This document shows positions 8,083 to 17,380 of a stretch of DNA of 64,000 bases, piece after piece. The notes beneath the pieces were generated by a model. It was not told where the DNA came from, searched no databases, and saw only the letters and a program-made list of their open reading frames with translations. Within the stretch, counting starts at the first letter, position 1. Each line of letters starts with the position of its first letter. Both the position numbers and the translations under genes were made by a program. This DNA is from a virus. Lineage: Duplodnaviria; Caudoviricetes. The stretch lies in IMG/VR virus record IMGVR_UViG_3300029305_001557, positions 12,396-76,395 of that record, one strand, 5' to 3'.

Positions 8083-10269
8083 TTACTTAGCGTCTTGGTA
8101 AGAGTCGCCAAAGTCTGCGTCTGCTCTGAGGGGCAGGTTAAGGGAAACATTGTCTCCAAAGGGGTGACTCATATAATGCTGTACTTTAGCAATACACTCT
8201 TCCACAAGCTCTTCAGGACACTCAAATACAAGCTCATCGTGAACCTGCAACAGCATATATACACCGTTATCATAGAACCAAGGGTCGAAGCTTACTCTAT
8301 TCTGAGCAGACATAGTTAAATCTGCGGCACTTCCTTGCACAGCACTATTAACAGAAAGACGCTCACAATATGCCTGAGCTTTGAAGTCACTGCTATTTAT
8401 ATCAGGCAGTCTCCTCTTTCGCTTCAGAACAGTGTACACATACCCATACTTATGAGCAAAACGCTTCTGATTACGAATGAACTTAGATACTCCTGAATAT
8501 GTCTCAAAGTACTTATCAATATAAATCTGAGCTACATCAAGCCCACTTCTTACTTTATAAGCTTCAAGATACTCTTTGTCTCCTAAGTCTACAGGGTGTC
8601 CGTGGTCGCTCTTTAATTGCTCGTAGAGTCTTGACGCTCCACCACCATACATAAGCAGGAAGTTAAGAACTTTTGCCGCCTGTCGGAGATGAGGATATTT
8701 CTTCTTTACCTCTTCAGGAGTACAGTCAAGATTAAACATATTAACGGCAGTAGAACCGTGAGTATCAGAACCACTCTCAAACATTTCAAGCAAATTCTTA
8801 TCTTCAGAGAAATGTGCCAACACACGCATTTCAAGGTTTGCAAAGTCAAGAGCTACAATTTTCTTACGCTTACCTGTGTTCTCATCTACACTACCGATAA
8901 ACAATGAGCGTATTTGATACTTGTCCTCTTCATCTGCTTTTGGTAACTGCTGTAAATTCGGGGACGAACAAGAAAGTCTACCTGAGTCAGTACCAATAAT
9001 GTTAAATGAGGGGTGGGCTTTACCGTCTTCATACAACTGCTCTCTGAGACCGTCAATAAAAGCACTACGGAGTTTTTCAAGCTTCTTATAGTCCAACATC
9101 AACTCACACAGCTTAACACCTTCTTGCTTTCTCTTATCTTTGAAAGACATATTAGAAAGCTTCCAAAACACTTCAGCATTAGTCTGTGGAGCACCACTCG
9201 GGGTAGTAGTGATAACTCGGAAATTAAAAGACTTCTTACGGATTGCAGGATTGCCTGTCATCTTAAACAAAGCAGGTCTTCCATTGACATCATCAATATA
9301 TAGACCACGAGCGTTAAGGGACTCTTCGTCCCCTTCTTCAAACATTTTCTGAACTATCTTAGGCTCTTTCTCCAACTTAACTTCTTTCGGGGGAGCAGAA
9401 TACCCAAAAAGCAATTCAGCTAACTGAGCATTACTTGAAAGACTGAACTCAACTCCGGCAAGCTCTGTAATCTGATACTGCAACTCTTCCATATCCTCGT
9501 TGATTTCTTCGCTCATCTCTTCAAGACGGTCAACATCAACGGTAACACCCTTATGCTCCATATCATAGATAGTACGGATAAAAGGCACATACACTTTGTT
9601 GTAAATCTTATCCATTTTCTGTTCTTCAAGCTCATCGAGAAAGCCCTCATACAGCTTAAAAGTATAAAATGCGTCATCAAGAGCATAGGGAGCAGAGTCC
9701 TCAATAAGAGTCATATCAAATGTAGCTTTACTGTTTGCTTTAAGCCCAAATCTCTTCTTGACTTCGGCAGGAACACTCTCAGTAACTTCCTTAAAGTGCG
9801 TTTGGTCAATACCAAGCTTTTCAGCAGAGTTCTCCTTCAAGCCGTTTGGGGTATTCTCATCACAAAGCCAAGAAGCTATCATTGTGTCAAACAAATCGGC
9901 AGTCTGAATATCAATACCCACTCGGGACATCGTGTGCATATCGAACTTTAGGTTATGCCCTATAATTCGTACATCAGTCCTCTCAAAAACAGGCTTCAGG
10001 TAATTGACCACTACATCAAGGTCAAGCTGTCTATCAAGGTCTTCATCACGAATGTGACCCACAGGTATGTAATAGTTATGGTATGCTCCCCACGAAATAC
10101 TGATACCTACAAGTCTAAAATCTTTATTATAGCCCAACACTCTTAAAGTATTGGTCTCAGTGTCAAATGCAAACTCCTCTAAGCGTTTCATTCGACTATA
10201 CAATCTCTTCAGTTTTGGGAGAGAGTCAACAATCTCGCTCCTAATTCGTTTTGGTCGATAACTGAACAT
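8083..10269 (-). CDS. polA: family A DNA polymerase with 3'-5' exonuclease
   Basis: FDTET, HNLKFD and YALDDA exonuclease motifs; DSGRLSCSSPNLQQLP, DFANLEMR, RQAAKVLNFLLMYG and LQVHDEL. Confidence 0.95.
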   Translation of the reverse strand: MFSYRPKRIRSEIVDSLPKLKRLYSRMKRLEEFAFDTETNTLRVLGYNKDFRLVGISISWGAYHNYYIPVGHIRDEDLDRQLDLDVVVNYLKPVFERTDVRIIGHNLKFDMHTMSRVGIDIQTADLFDTMIASWLCDENTPNGLKENSAEKLGIDQTHFKEVTESVPAEVKKRFGLKANSKATFDMTLIEDSAPYALDDAFYTFKLYEGFLDELEEQKMDKIYNKVYVPFIRTIYDMEHKGVTVDVDRLEEMSEEINEDMEELQYQITELAGVEFSLSSNAQLAELLFGYSAPPKEVKLEKEPKIVQKMFEEGDEESLNARGLYIDDVNGRPALFKMTGNPAIRKKSFNFRVITTTPSGAPQTNAEVFWKLSNMSFKDKRKQEGVKLCELMLDYKKLEKLRSAFIDGLREQLYEDGKAHPSFNIIGTDSGRLSCSSPNLQQLPKADEEDKYQIRSLFIGSVDENTGKRKKIVALDFANLEMRVLAHFSEDKNLLEMFESGSDTHGSTAVNMFNLDCTPEEVKKKYPHLRQAAKVLNFLLMYGGGASRLYEQLKSDHGHPVDLGDKEYLEAYKVRSGLDVAQIYIDKYFETYSGVSKFIRNQKRFAHKYGYVYTVLKRKRRLPDINSSDFKAQAYCERLSVNSAVQGSAADLTMSAQNRVSFDPWFYDNGVYMLLQVHDELVFECPEELVEECIAKVQHYMSHPFGDNVSLNLPLRADADFGDSYQDAK

Positions 10270-10303
10270 TATTTACCTCCTTAATTTCTGCAATATAACA
10301 GAA

Positions 10304-10336
10304 AGACTGTACTACACTCTAAGTGTAGCACAGTCT
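10304..10336 (-). terminator. intrinsic terminator after HU
   Basis: AGACTGTGCTACACT-TAG-AGTGTAGTACAGTCT followed by TTCTGTT on the minus strand. Confidence 0.65.
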
Positions 10337-10359
10337 AATCTGTCGGTCAAATCCGTGAT

Positions 10360-10638
10360 TTAGGAGTTAAGCTTCTGCTTCAACAACTTGCCACACTTAA
10401 TTCTAAGTCCTACACTTGCAGGAATAGTATGGTTCTCTTTTGTTGCAGGATTGCGACCAATACGCTCTTTTCTCTGCACAGTCTCAATAGTAAACTGACC
10501 GATATATGAAACACCGCCATTTTCGATAGCTTCTACAACAACACCTAAAGCGTTCTTCATAGTTGCTTCGGCTTCAGCAAGTGTTACACCGTGCTTCTGT
10601 GCATAGCTCTTTGCTAAGTCTTTAATACCTGAAATCAT
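10360..10638 (-). CDS. hup: HU/IHF-like DNA-binding protein
   Basis: GQFTIETVQRKERIGRNPATKE..TIPA. Confidence 0.9.
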   Translation of the reverse strand: MISGIKDLAKSYAQKHGVTLAEAEATMKNALGVVVEAIENGGVSYIGQFTIETVQRKERIGRNPATKENHTIPASVGLRIKCGKLLKQKLNS

Positions 10639-10662
10639 ACTTAACCTCCTTTCACAAATTGA

Positions 10663-11493
10663 TTAAAAGGGAATATCGTCCTGCTTCTTACGGAACATAG
10701 GCTTAACGCTATTCTCCTTCGGCTTACTGCTCTTAAACATAGGAGCTTTCTTTTTAATGCCCGGAGTTGTAGCACGAGGAGCAGGAGCTTCTTCCTCTTC
10801 GTCATCGTCATCGACTCCTACGAGGTTGCTTCTTTCTGCGTATTCTTCGTCATCGTCCTCGTCATTAGTACTACCACTGATAGAGTTAGAAAGACACTCT
10901 TCAATGATAGAATACAGACTGTCAGCAGTACCGTTATAGAGTTCTCTCAACTTCTCAGGAAGCATATTCTTAATCTCTGCCTGAGTGAGCTTACCTTCTT
11001 CATCACCCTTTTCGATAGTGTAAGTAGTACTTGTACCCTTACCTAAACGAACAATAGTAATGGTGCGGTTAGTAAGACCATACTTAGAAGAAATACGGTC
11101 AAGCTGAGAAAGCACTCTTGCACCCTGAACATAAAGTCTAAGCTGACCCTTACCTTTCTGCTTCTTACCGTCTTTATCTGTGTACTCATAAGGTCTCATA
11201 TCCCAAATAAGGAAAGCACCCTTAAATGTAGGCTTGTCGCCACTTGCACACAGAGAGCAGTTGCTGTCTCCACTACATACGATTGTGTCATACACTTCTT
11301 TGCCGTTTCTCATACCCTTTACTGTATGCTCGTAAAAGGTTACAGGCTCTTCAGTAAGGAAGCGTACATCAGCTTCATCACCGTCATTTGACAAGAAAAA
11401 TCTCCACAGGTTCTTCCCCGCTTTTTCACGATTTTCGTCTTGTCTCTGCTTTTCTTCACGGACAGCAGTATATCCCTTTTTGAACATTCCCAT
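10663..11493 (-). CDS. single-stranded DNA-binding protein (gp32-like, Zn site, acidic tail)
   Basis: EHT...C...C..C motif, acidic C-terminus ending DDIPF. Confidence 0.75.
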   Translation of the reverse strand: MGMFKKGYTAVREEKQRQDENREKAGKNLWRFFLSNDGDEADVRFLTEEPVTFYEHTVKGMRNGKEVYDTIVCSGDSNCSLCASGDKPTFKGAFLIWDMRPYEYTDKDGKKQKGKGQLRLYVQGARVLSQLDRISSKYGLTNRTITIVRLGKGTSTTYTIEKGDEEGKLTQAEIKNMLPEKLRELYNGTADSLYSIIEECLSNSISGSTNDEDDDEEYAERSNLVGVDDDDEEEEAPAPRATTPGIKKKAPMFKSSKPKENSVKPMFRKKQDDIPF

Positions 11494-11585
11494 TCTAAAA
11501 CCTCCTTAAATTATTTGATTTATTTTACCCTTCTATATAGTAGAAGAATGGGCGAATGTAAGTGTCCTCTGTTTAGGACAAGTAT

Positions 11586-11614
11586 ATTATAGCATAAGCT
11601 CTATGTATTGTCAA
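11586..11614 (-). promoter_or_regulatory. consensus sigmaA promoter
   Basis: TTGACA-17 nt-TATAAT. Confidence 0.85.
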
Positions 11615-11624
11615 GTCCCTGAAA

Positions 11625-12650
11625 TCAGAGTCTCGGAAGCTTATGACTTGTAAGACCTGCTGACTCAATTACAGCATTAGTCTCCTCTTCTCCCCAATCT
11701 GAAGGGTCTTTACCAAAATCGGGATAATAATGAGGAACTAAATACATAACTCTATCACCAAGTCTCTTCTTAGCAATGTTACGAGCTATCTCTCCACCTT
11801 TATCGTGGTCAAAGAGGTCAATAAACTTACTGCACCTCTCTGCTATTTGGTCGGCTTGCTGTTTACTCATACCGTCTCCCATCATAGCTACAGTATTTTT
11901 ATAGCCCCACTTTCGCAAAAGAATAGCGTCAAGCATTGACTCAACACCTATAATGGTATCGTCAGTAACTACAAGCTTGTCAAGAGGGTATATGAGACCC
12001 GCTTTCGGGAAGCCATAAATTCTAAAACGCATATTCTTAGGTCTACGAGGGTCAATGTAACGACCTATGATACCTGCAAGTGTTCCGTCTTCCCAAAAGG
12101 CAGGAATAGTAACAGTCTCACTTTCAAGGTCTCGACCTATCATATACTCTTGCATATCTTTTTTAGTAAACCCTCTATCAAAGAAATACTTATAGGTTTC
12201 TTTTCCACTCTTAAACACTGCAAGCTTACTTCGGGGCATTTCATACCGCTTCTCAGCTTTCTCTTCAAGCTGTACAAAGTGTTCCTCGTATCTCTTTATA
12301 TTCAGAAAGTCTACATCAAAGTCAAAACTAAACTCAATGTGATACCGTTCTTTTAAGAACTTCTCAGCTTCCTGAACATTCTTAAATCTATCAGGTAAGG
12401 ACTTATATACTAACCACGGAATAGACCCACTCGCTCCACAAGAAAAGCAATGAAACACTTGGTAATGAGAATTACTATCCTGTGGAACAAAGTCTATATC
12501 TATTCCGGCAGAGGGGTGAGACTCTCCGTGAACAGTACAACAGAACTGTATCTTAGTGTCTTTCCACGGCATTATCTTAGGAGAATGTAAGACATTTATT
12601 AAAAGGTCTTCCACTTGGTCTTTAGATAACCCTTTACTCAATCTCATCAA
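11625..12650 (-). CDS. dnaG: DnaG-type primase
   Basis: CHC2 Zn finger (CTVH...HCFSC) and Toprim (VESMLDA, FDHDKGG). Confidence 0.88.
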   Translation of the reverse strand: MMRLSKGLSKDQVEDLLINVLHSPKIMPWKDTKIQFCCTVHGESHPSAGIDIDFVPQDSNSHYQVFHCFSCGASGSIPWLVYKSLPDRFKNVQEAEKFLKERYHIEFSFDFDVDFLNIKRYEEHFVQLEEKAEKRYEMPRSKLAVFKSGKETYKYFFDRGFTKKDMQEYMIGRDLESETVTIPAFWEDGTLAGIIGRYIDPRRPKNMRFRIYGFPKAGLIYPLDKLVVTDDTIIGVESMLDAILLRKWGYKNTVAMMGDGMSKQQADQIAERCSKFIDLFDHDKGGEIARNIAKKRLGDRVMYLVPHYYPDFGKDPSDWGEEETNAVIESAGLTSHKLPRL

Positions 12651-13974
12651 CTCCTATCACATTATCTGCTTCGACAGGCTGACCGTCATCGGTGAAATTA
12701 GTGTCATTAGTCTCAGCGTATATCTCAGAGAAATCCATTACATCAAAGTTCCAATTCATCATAACTTTACCTGTAACACCCTCACGCTGTTTTAACACTT
12801 TCAAACACATTTCTCTATCACTCAGCATAACCTCATCTCTATACAGAGCGAGAATATCATCAGAGTCTTGACCAATAGCTTGTGTATACATAATAGACCC
12901 TAATTCGGGACCCGTCTTCTTAGAAGTATTCTTGTCTGCCTGAGTGTTAATAAAAATCGGGATTTTACACCTCTTCGCTAACTTCTTCAGGTCTCGGGTA
13001 ATATGAGCTACACGCAACCAATCATCTTTAGCCCCTTGGTCATCTTCCATAAGGTAAACACCGTCAATAAGCACTACATCAGGCTTATGCTTGTCTATCT
13101 CAGCAGAAACACCCATAACACCGCTTGCTGTAGCAATAATTAAAGGCTCACAATTCGGCAGGTCATTCTCCAAGAACTCAAAATAACTCTTTTCTTGTTC
13201 AAGAGATAAAGTGCCGCTTTTGAAAGCATTATAATTAAGCTCACCGTACATCATACTAAAGAGCATAGCTTCGTAACGGTCTCTCATAATATCCTCACTC
13301 ATCTCAGTCACGAACTGTAACACTTTACAATTCTGAAGCTGACAATAAGCACCTATAAGAATTTCAAACCAAGTTTTACCTACACCTGTATTAGCAATAA
13401 GGGTAGTCAAAGTCTCTTTCTTCAAGCCCTTCGTTATATAGTCAAGGTGTTTAATACCGTAGGGAAGACCAAGCATACCTTTAGTCTCTTTTTTCTTCTT
13501 ATAAGCTTCAATACGGTCTTCCGTATTTTTAGTAATATCACAAGAGGTCTGCTCTTCAACCTCACTCTCTATGTAGGCAATTTCTTTTTTCAAAAGAGAA
13601 TAAGCGGTGTCCGTGTCAAAATCTTCAATCTTCTTGACAACCTCTTCCATAACTTCAGCTAAAGAATTATGCTTAACTTTCTTTCGTAGCTCATTGCACC
13701 AAAACTTAATATTCTCTTCTGTGCCTACTACTTCAACACCGTCTCTGACAACAGTTTCAAGGTCATAATTCGGGAATTTTCTTTCAAAAACCCGAACAGT
13801 GGGAACTTCACCGTCAGAAAGAACAGAGTCATATATAAATTGGAAAGCTCGTCTATGCTCCCCTGAAAAATATGTAGCTTTTATCTGAGCGTCTTTAATG
13901 CTAAGAATATCCTTAGTTTCAAGAAGCTTCGATATAAGCCCACACTCGACATTAAAAGGTTTATTGCCTGCCAT
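12634..13974 (-). CDS. dnaB: DnaB-like replicative helicase
   Basis: ANTGVGKT Walker A, VLIDGVYLM, QAIGQDSD and KQREG. Confidence 0.9.
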   Translation of the reverse strand: MAGNKPFNVECGLISKLLETKDILSIKDAQIKATYFSGEHRRAFQFIYDSVLSDGEVPTVRVFERKFPNYDLETVVRDGVEVVGTEENIKFWCNELRKKVKHNSLAEVMEEVVKKIEDFDTDTAYSLLKKEIAYIESEVEEQTSCDITKNTEDRIEAYKKKKETKGMLGLPYGIKHLDYITKGLKKETLTTLIANTGVGKTWFEILIGAYCQLQNCKVLQFVTEMSEDIMRDRYEAMLFSMMYGELNYNAFKSGTLSLEQEKSYFEFLENDLPNCEPLIIATASGVMGVSAEIDKHKPDVVLIDGVYLMEDDQGAKDDWLRVAHITRDLKKLAKRCKIPIFINTQADKNTSKKTGPELGSIMYTQAIGQDSDDILALYRDEVMLSDREMCLKVLKQREGVTGKVMMNWNFDVMDFSEIYAETNDTNFTDDGQPVEADNVIGVDEIE

Positions 13975-14401
13975 TTTGAGACCTCCTTACATACTCATTT
14001 AATCGGCTTAAAGGGATTGCGTAAGAGCTATTGATAATGCTCCTGCGATAATCGTCTTCATCTACATATAAGGTAATATCACCTATAAGCAAACGCTGAC
14101 TTATCTGAATGTCCTTTTCAACAACAACTATGCGACTAAAAGGTAGGTCTTCTAAGATATGTTTCATTTCCTCGGTATAATTCTCTCTGAGAACAACGAG
14201 GTCTACCACATATTCAGTATGACGATAAAAGTACTCCATTGCACTTCGATATGTAGGGTCTATCTCTGCTCGGGATAGTTTACCTATAATGGCATTAAGT
14301 ATTTTATTCTTTACTCCTTCAGTCTTGTAGCGGATAAGGCTGTCTTCACAACGAAACGCTATAACCTTACCTACAGTGTTAGCTAAATCTCCGTGTCTCA
14401 T
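13961..14401 (-). CDS. hypothetical protein
   Basis: In replication operon; overlapping junctions. Confidence 0.65.
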   Translation of the reverse strand: MRHGDLANTVGKVIAFRCEDSLIRYKTEGVKNKILNAIIGKLSRAEIDPTYRSAMEYFYRHTEYVVDLVVLRENYTEEMKHILEDLPFSRIVVVEKDIQISQRLLIGDITLYVDEDDYRRSIINSSYAIPLSRLNEYVRRSQNGRQ

Positions 14402-14403
14402 AG

Positions 14404-15042
14404 CTACACCTTCTTATCGTAATACTCTTTACGCTTGTCTATGCCCTCAATTTTTATTGGGGTCATATTTCCCTTCAAAAGAGAAGCGACACTTGCACCG
14501 TAACGACTCTCAATATCTTTCGGGGATAAATTGGTACAGATAACAGTAACAAGCCCATTATCTTCTCTATACCTCAAAAGGTCTTCAAGGATAGGAGCTG
14601 ACGCTTTGGAGTCTACTTCTTTTCCCACTTCTTCAAGAACAAGAAACTCCACAGCTTTGTAGTTATTAAAGAGGTCATCTTCTGCCGACTCTTTCTCATC
14701 AATACTTCTCGCACTCCATACGAGCGTGTATCGAGACATATAGTCTACAAAAGTTACTCTCCGAGTAGAATAACGGTGCTTGTACGCTTCTTTAGCAACA
14801 ATACACGCTATCAAAGTCTTACCAACACCATTACTTCCAAATAAACACAATCCACCTAATTTGTCAAGAGACTGCCACCTCATATTAGAAATATAACGAG
14901 CAATGCAATCCTGCACTTCTTCAAGGTCGGAACTACCATAAGTCTTAAAGTTCTCTATAGTAACTTCGTGAAACTTTTTAGGAATACCAATAAGACTCAA
15001 ACTTTTTGGGGATAGATATTTTCTCTCCGGTCTCATTCCCAA
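14404..15042 (-). CDS. DnaC/IstB-like helicase loader ATPase
   Basis: GSNGVGKT, LVLEEVGKE and CTNL. Confidence 0.85.
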   Translation of the reverse strand: MGMRPERKYLSPKSLSLIGIPKKFHEVTIENFKTYGSSDLEEVQDCIARYISNMRWQSLDKLGGLCLFGSNGVGKTLIACIVAKEAYKHRYSTRRVTFVDYMSRYTLVWSARSIDEKESAEDDLFNNYKAVEFLVLEEVGKEVDSKASAPILEDLLRYREDNGLVTVICTNLSPKDIESRYGASVASLLKGNMTPIKIEGIDKRKEYYDKKV

Positions 15043-15620
15043 TCACCTACTTTCGCTTTATCAGTAGTTGTATCTCCTGACCACTCTCTCGTTACTTTCT
15101 GCTTTACAGGTCGCACAGTCGGGTCATACTCATCATTAGCCCACAAAATACTGTCTCTATAAATTGTATTACACCAAGTACTTGATAAAACTGTGGGCTG
15201 AGTTATATTTTTATCCAAGTAGTTCTGTTCACTGCAAAAGATAAACTCTATCATTAAGCAGATTTCCCTCGGCTCGTAATCAGTCTGCAACTTTTTGAAG
15301 ATACCCAAATCTCTCTTCATATTTGCAATAACATATTTAACCCCTACTTCTCTTGCTTTCTCTCTGAAAAAGTACATCAAATCGTGGGTAGTAAAGCTGT
15401 CTACCGTATTCTCAATATCTTCATACTTTTTAAGAAAGGAAGAATACCTGTCTGAAGATACATTGCGTTTTCTACTCTCAGCATAGCCTGTCTTAAAAGG
15501 CTTTCGAGACTTATCCACACTTTCCACAGACTTTTCCACAGGGGTGACTAAACACTGTTTTCGGGACTCACGAAACGAATTAGCTAAGTCCATAACACTT
15601 TGTTTTCTCACGCTTTTCAC
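15033..15620 (-). CDS. hypothetical protein, possible initiator/loader partner
   Basis: Directly upstream of the DnaC-like gene; function inferred from position only. Confidence 0.5.
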   Translation of the reverse strand: MKSVRKQSVMDLANSFRESRKQCLVTPVEKSVESVDKSRKPFKTGYAESRKRNVSSDRYSSFLKKYEDIENTVDSFTTHDLMYFFREKAREVGVKYVIANMKRDLGIFKKLQTDYEPREICLMIEFIFCSEQNYLDKNITQPTVLSSTWCNTIYRDSILWANDEYDPTVRPVKQKVTREWSGDTTTDKAKVGDWE

Positions 15621-15649
15621 TCCCTTTAATATTATAAAGCTACAATTAC

Positions 15650-15678
15650 ATTATAGCATAAATTTCAAAATTAGGCAA
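15650..15678 (-). promoter_or_regulatory. sigmaA-type promoter
   Basis: TTGCCT-17 nt-TATAAT. Confidence 0.7.
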
Positions 15679-15723
15679 ATAGAGAGGGAAGCACCGTAAT
15701 AGTACAACCCTCTCTACTCAATG

Positions 15724-16113
15724 TTAGTAGTCTTCACCTGCGGTAGCAAGTACCGACTCTTCAAGAACTTCATCAATGATAGCTTCAACACGAGCAAAAG
15801 CTTCCTTAACGGTTTCACCTTCGTGAACAGTATCAGATAACCAACAGTCTACTCTCAAAGACTCATAATTCTCCATATTCTTAGTACAGCCTTTCGACAT
15901 TCCAAAAGTCTGCCCTACATAAGAGTCTATAGTCTTTTTCTTCGCTGTGGTCTGCTTTACTTCGTGGTCGAGAGGTTTACCCTTCTTAATGGTCTCATAG
16001 CCATTACGAGCTGTACCTCTCTGAATAGTAGTATTTGCTCTTGCATTATCACGCAACTGCTCTTCCTGCTGTGACTTCAACTTTTTCAACTGAGAACTCA
16101 GTGACTTCGCCAT
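15724..16113 (-). CDS. hypothetical protein
   Basis: RBS GGAGG. Confidence 0.7.
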   Translation of the reverse strand: MAKSLSSQLKKLKSQQEEQLRDNARANTTIQRGTARNGYETIKKGKPLDHEVKQTTAKKKTIDSYVGQTFGMSKGCTKNMENYESLRVDCWLSDTVHEGETVKEAFARVEAIIDEVLEESVLATAGEDY

Positions 16114-16133
16114 AATTACACCTCCTATATTCT

Positions 16134-16481
16134 TTAGATAATGCCGAATTTTTCATTGTCTTTGACAGTAATAACAATATCAAAATCCTCATTGGAAAGA
16201 GAAATCTGACTCTTGTTACCCTTATCTGCAAAGGCATTTACAATGTAATTTCCTTCAGATAAATGGAACTCACGCTGAACACAATCGACAACGGACTCCA
16301 TTTTCTTAATAGAAATCTCTTTGGACTTTGCTTCATCAGCTTCTGCCTGAGCAGTTAAAGCTTTCTTCTCTTCATCGTTAATATGAGGATTTTCTTCCTC
16401 CACAACTTCGGGAGCAGACGCTTCTACTTCCTTAGATAAAGCTTCAACTTCGGCTTCTTTCTTACGCATTTTCAGTGCCAC
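16134..16481 (-). CDS. hypothetical acidic protein
   Basis: RBS GGAGG. Confidence 0.7.
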   Translation of the reverse strand: MALKMRKKEAEVEALSKEVEASAPEVVEEENPHINDEEKKALTAQAEADEAKSKEISIKKMESVVDCVQREFHLSEGNYIVNAFADKGNKSQISLSNEDFDIVITVKDNEKFGII

Positions 16482-16483
16482 AA

Positions 16484-16804
16484 TTACTTACCTCCATTAG
16501 CATATTTATCTCGTAAAATTGCAAGCTCTTTATGTACCCAAGTACTAAAAGAGGTATTTGCAATCGAGAGACCTTGTTTAATTTTAGCTTTCTCAGCACA
16601 GCGAACAATAGCATCAATCTGTTCCTGAGAATACAGTCTTCTTCCCCTTTCGTCTTTGAAACAAGGGTCGGGGATAACCCCTGCAATCTCCCACTTACGA
16701 ATAGCATTAGTAGAGCGTCCTAAAGCACTTGCAAGAGTGCCAATATAAAATAACTCTATCTTCTGACCGTTAGGGAGAACAAAGTCTTTCTTAACTGCCG
16801 GCAT
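16484..16804 (-). CDS. MerR-type HTH protein
   Basis: IGTLASALGRSTNAIRKWEIAGVIP...GRRLYSQEQI. Confidence 0.85.
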   Translation of the reverse strand: MPAVKKDFVLPNGQKIELFYIGTLASALGRSTNAIRKWEIAGVIPDPCFKDERGRRLYSQEQIDAIVRCAEKAKIKQGLSIANTSFSTWVHKELAILRDKYANGGK

Positions 16805-17301
16805 TACTTCTTCCCTCCTTTGGGAACAAGACGAGACTTCTTAGAAGCCGCCATAGCGACTTCTGTCTGCTCAACTTCAGCCATTTCCTCCTTACGCTTT
16901 AAGTCAATAGCATAAGATACCTTAGTTGTTGTGATGTCTTCGAGGTCTTCAAAAGAAATGTCGCCTGTATTGATACGACCTTCAACAGCTTCTTCGTTAA
17001 TGACTTCAACAGTCGTAATACAGTCATCATAACCGTGTTCTCTGAAATATGAGAGAGCTTTCTCCTGATTAAAGGAGACGGACTTCTTGCACTGCTTACC
17101 GTAGATAAACTGCTCGTCTTCTGCATAGAACGACCCCTTGTCATCTTTGACACCAACCTTTTCAGCGTTAGCTTTAATTTGGTCTGCCAAATACTTCATT
17201 CGGTCTTCAATCTTTTTCTTCTGCTCCCTCAGCGAGTCATATTCGGATAACATTGCTCCAATAGGGAGAGAAATAACTGTTGCTTTACTTTTTGCGTTCA
17301 T
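16804..17301 (-). CDS. hypothetical coiled-coil protein
   Basis: Start reassigned to MNAKSK (RBS AAGGAG), downstream of the promoter at 17352-17380. Confidence 0.65.
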   Translation of the reverse strand: MNAKSKATVISLPIGAMLSEYDSLREQKKKIEDRMKYLADQIKANAEKVGVKDDKGSFYAEDEQFIYGKQCKKSVSFNQEKALSYFREHGYDDCITTVEVINEEAVEGRINTGDISFEDLEDITTTKVSYAIDLKRKEEMAEVEQTEVAMAASKKSRLVPKGGKK

Positions 17302-17351
17302 AACACTTCTCCTTTCAGCATTGTTTGATTGTAACGCTTTTTGTAATAATA

Positions 17352-17380
17352 AGTATAGCACAAAAGAAGAAAATTGTCAA
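17352..17380 (-). promoter_or_regulatory. sigmaA-type promoter
   Basis: TTGACA-17 nt-TATACT. Confidence 0.75.
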
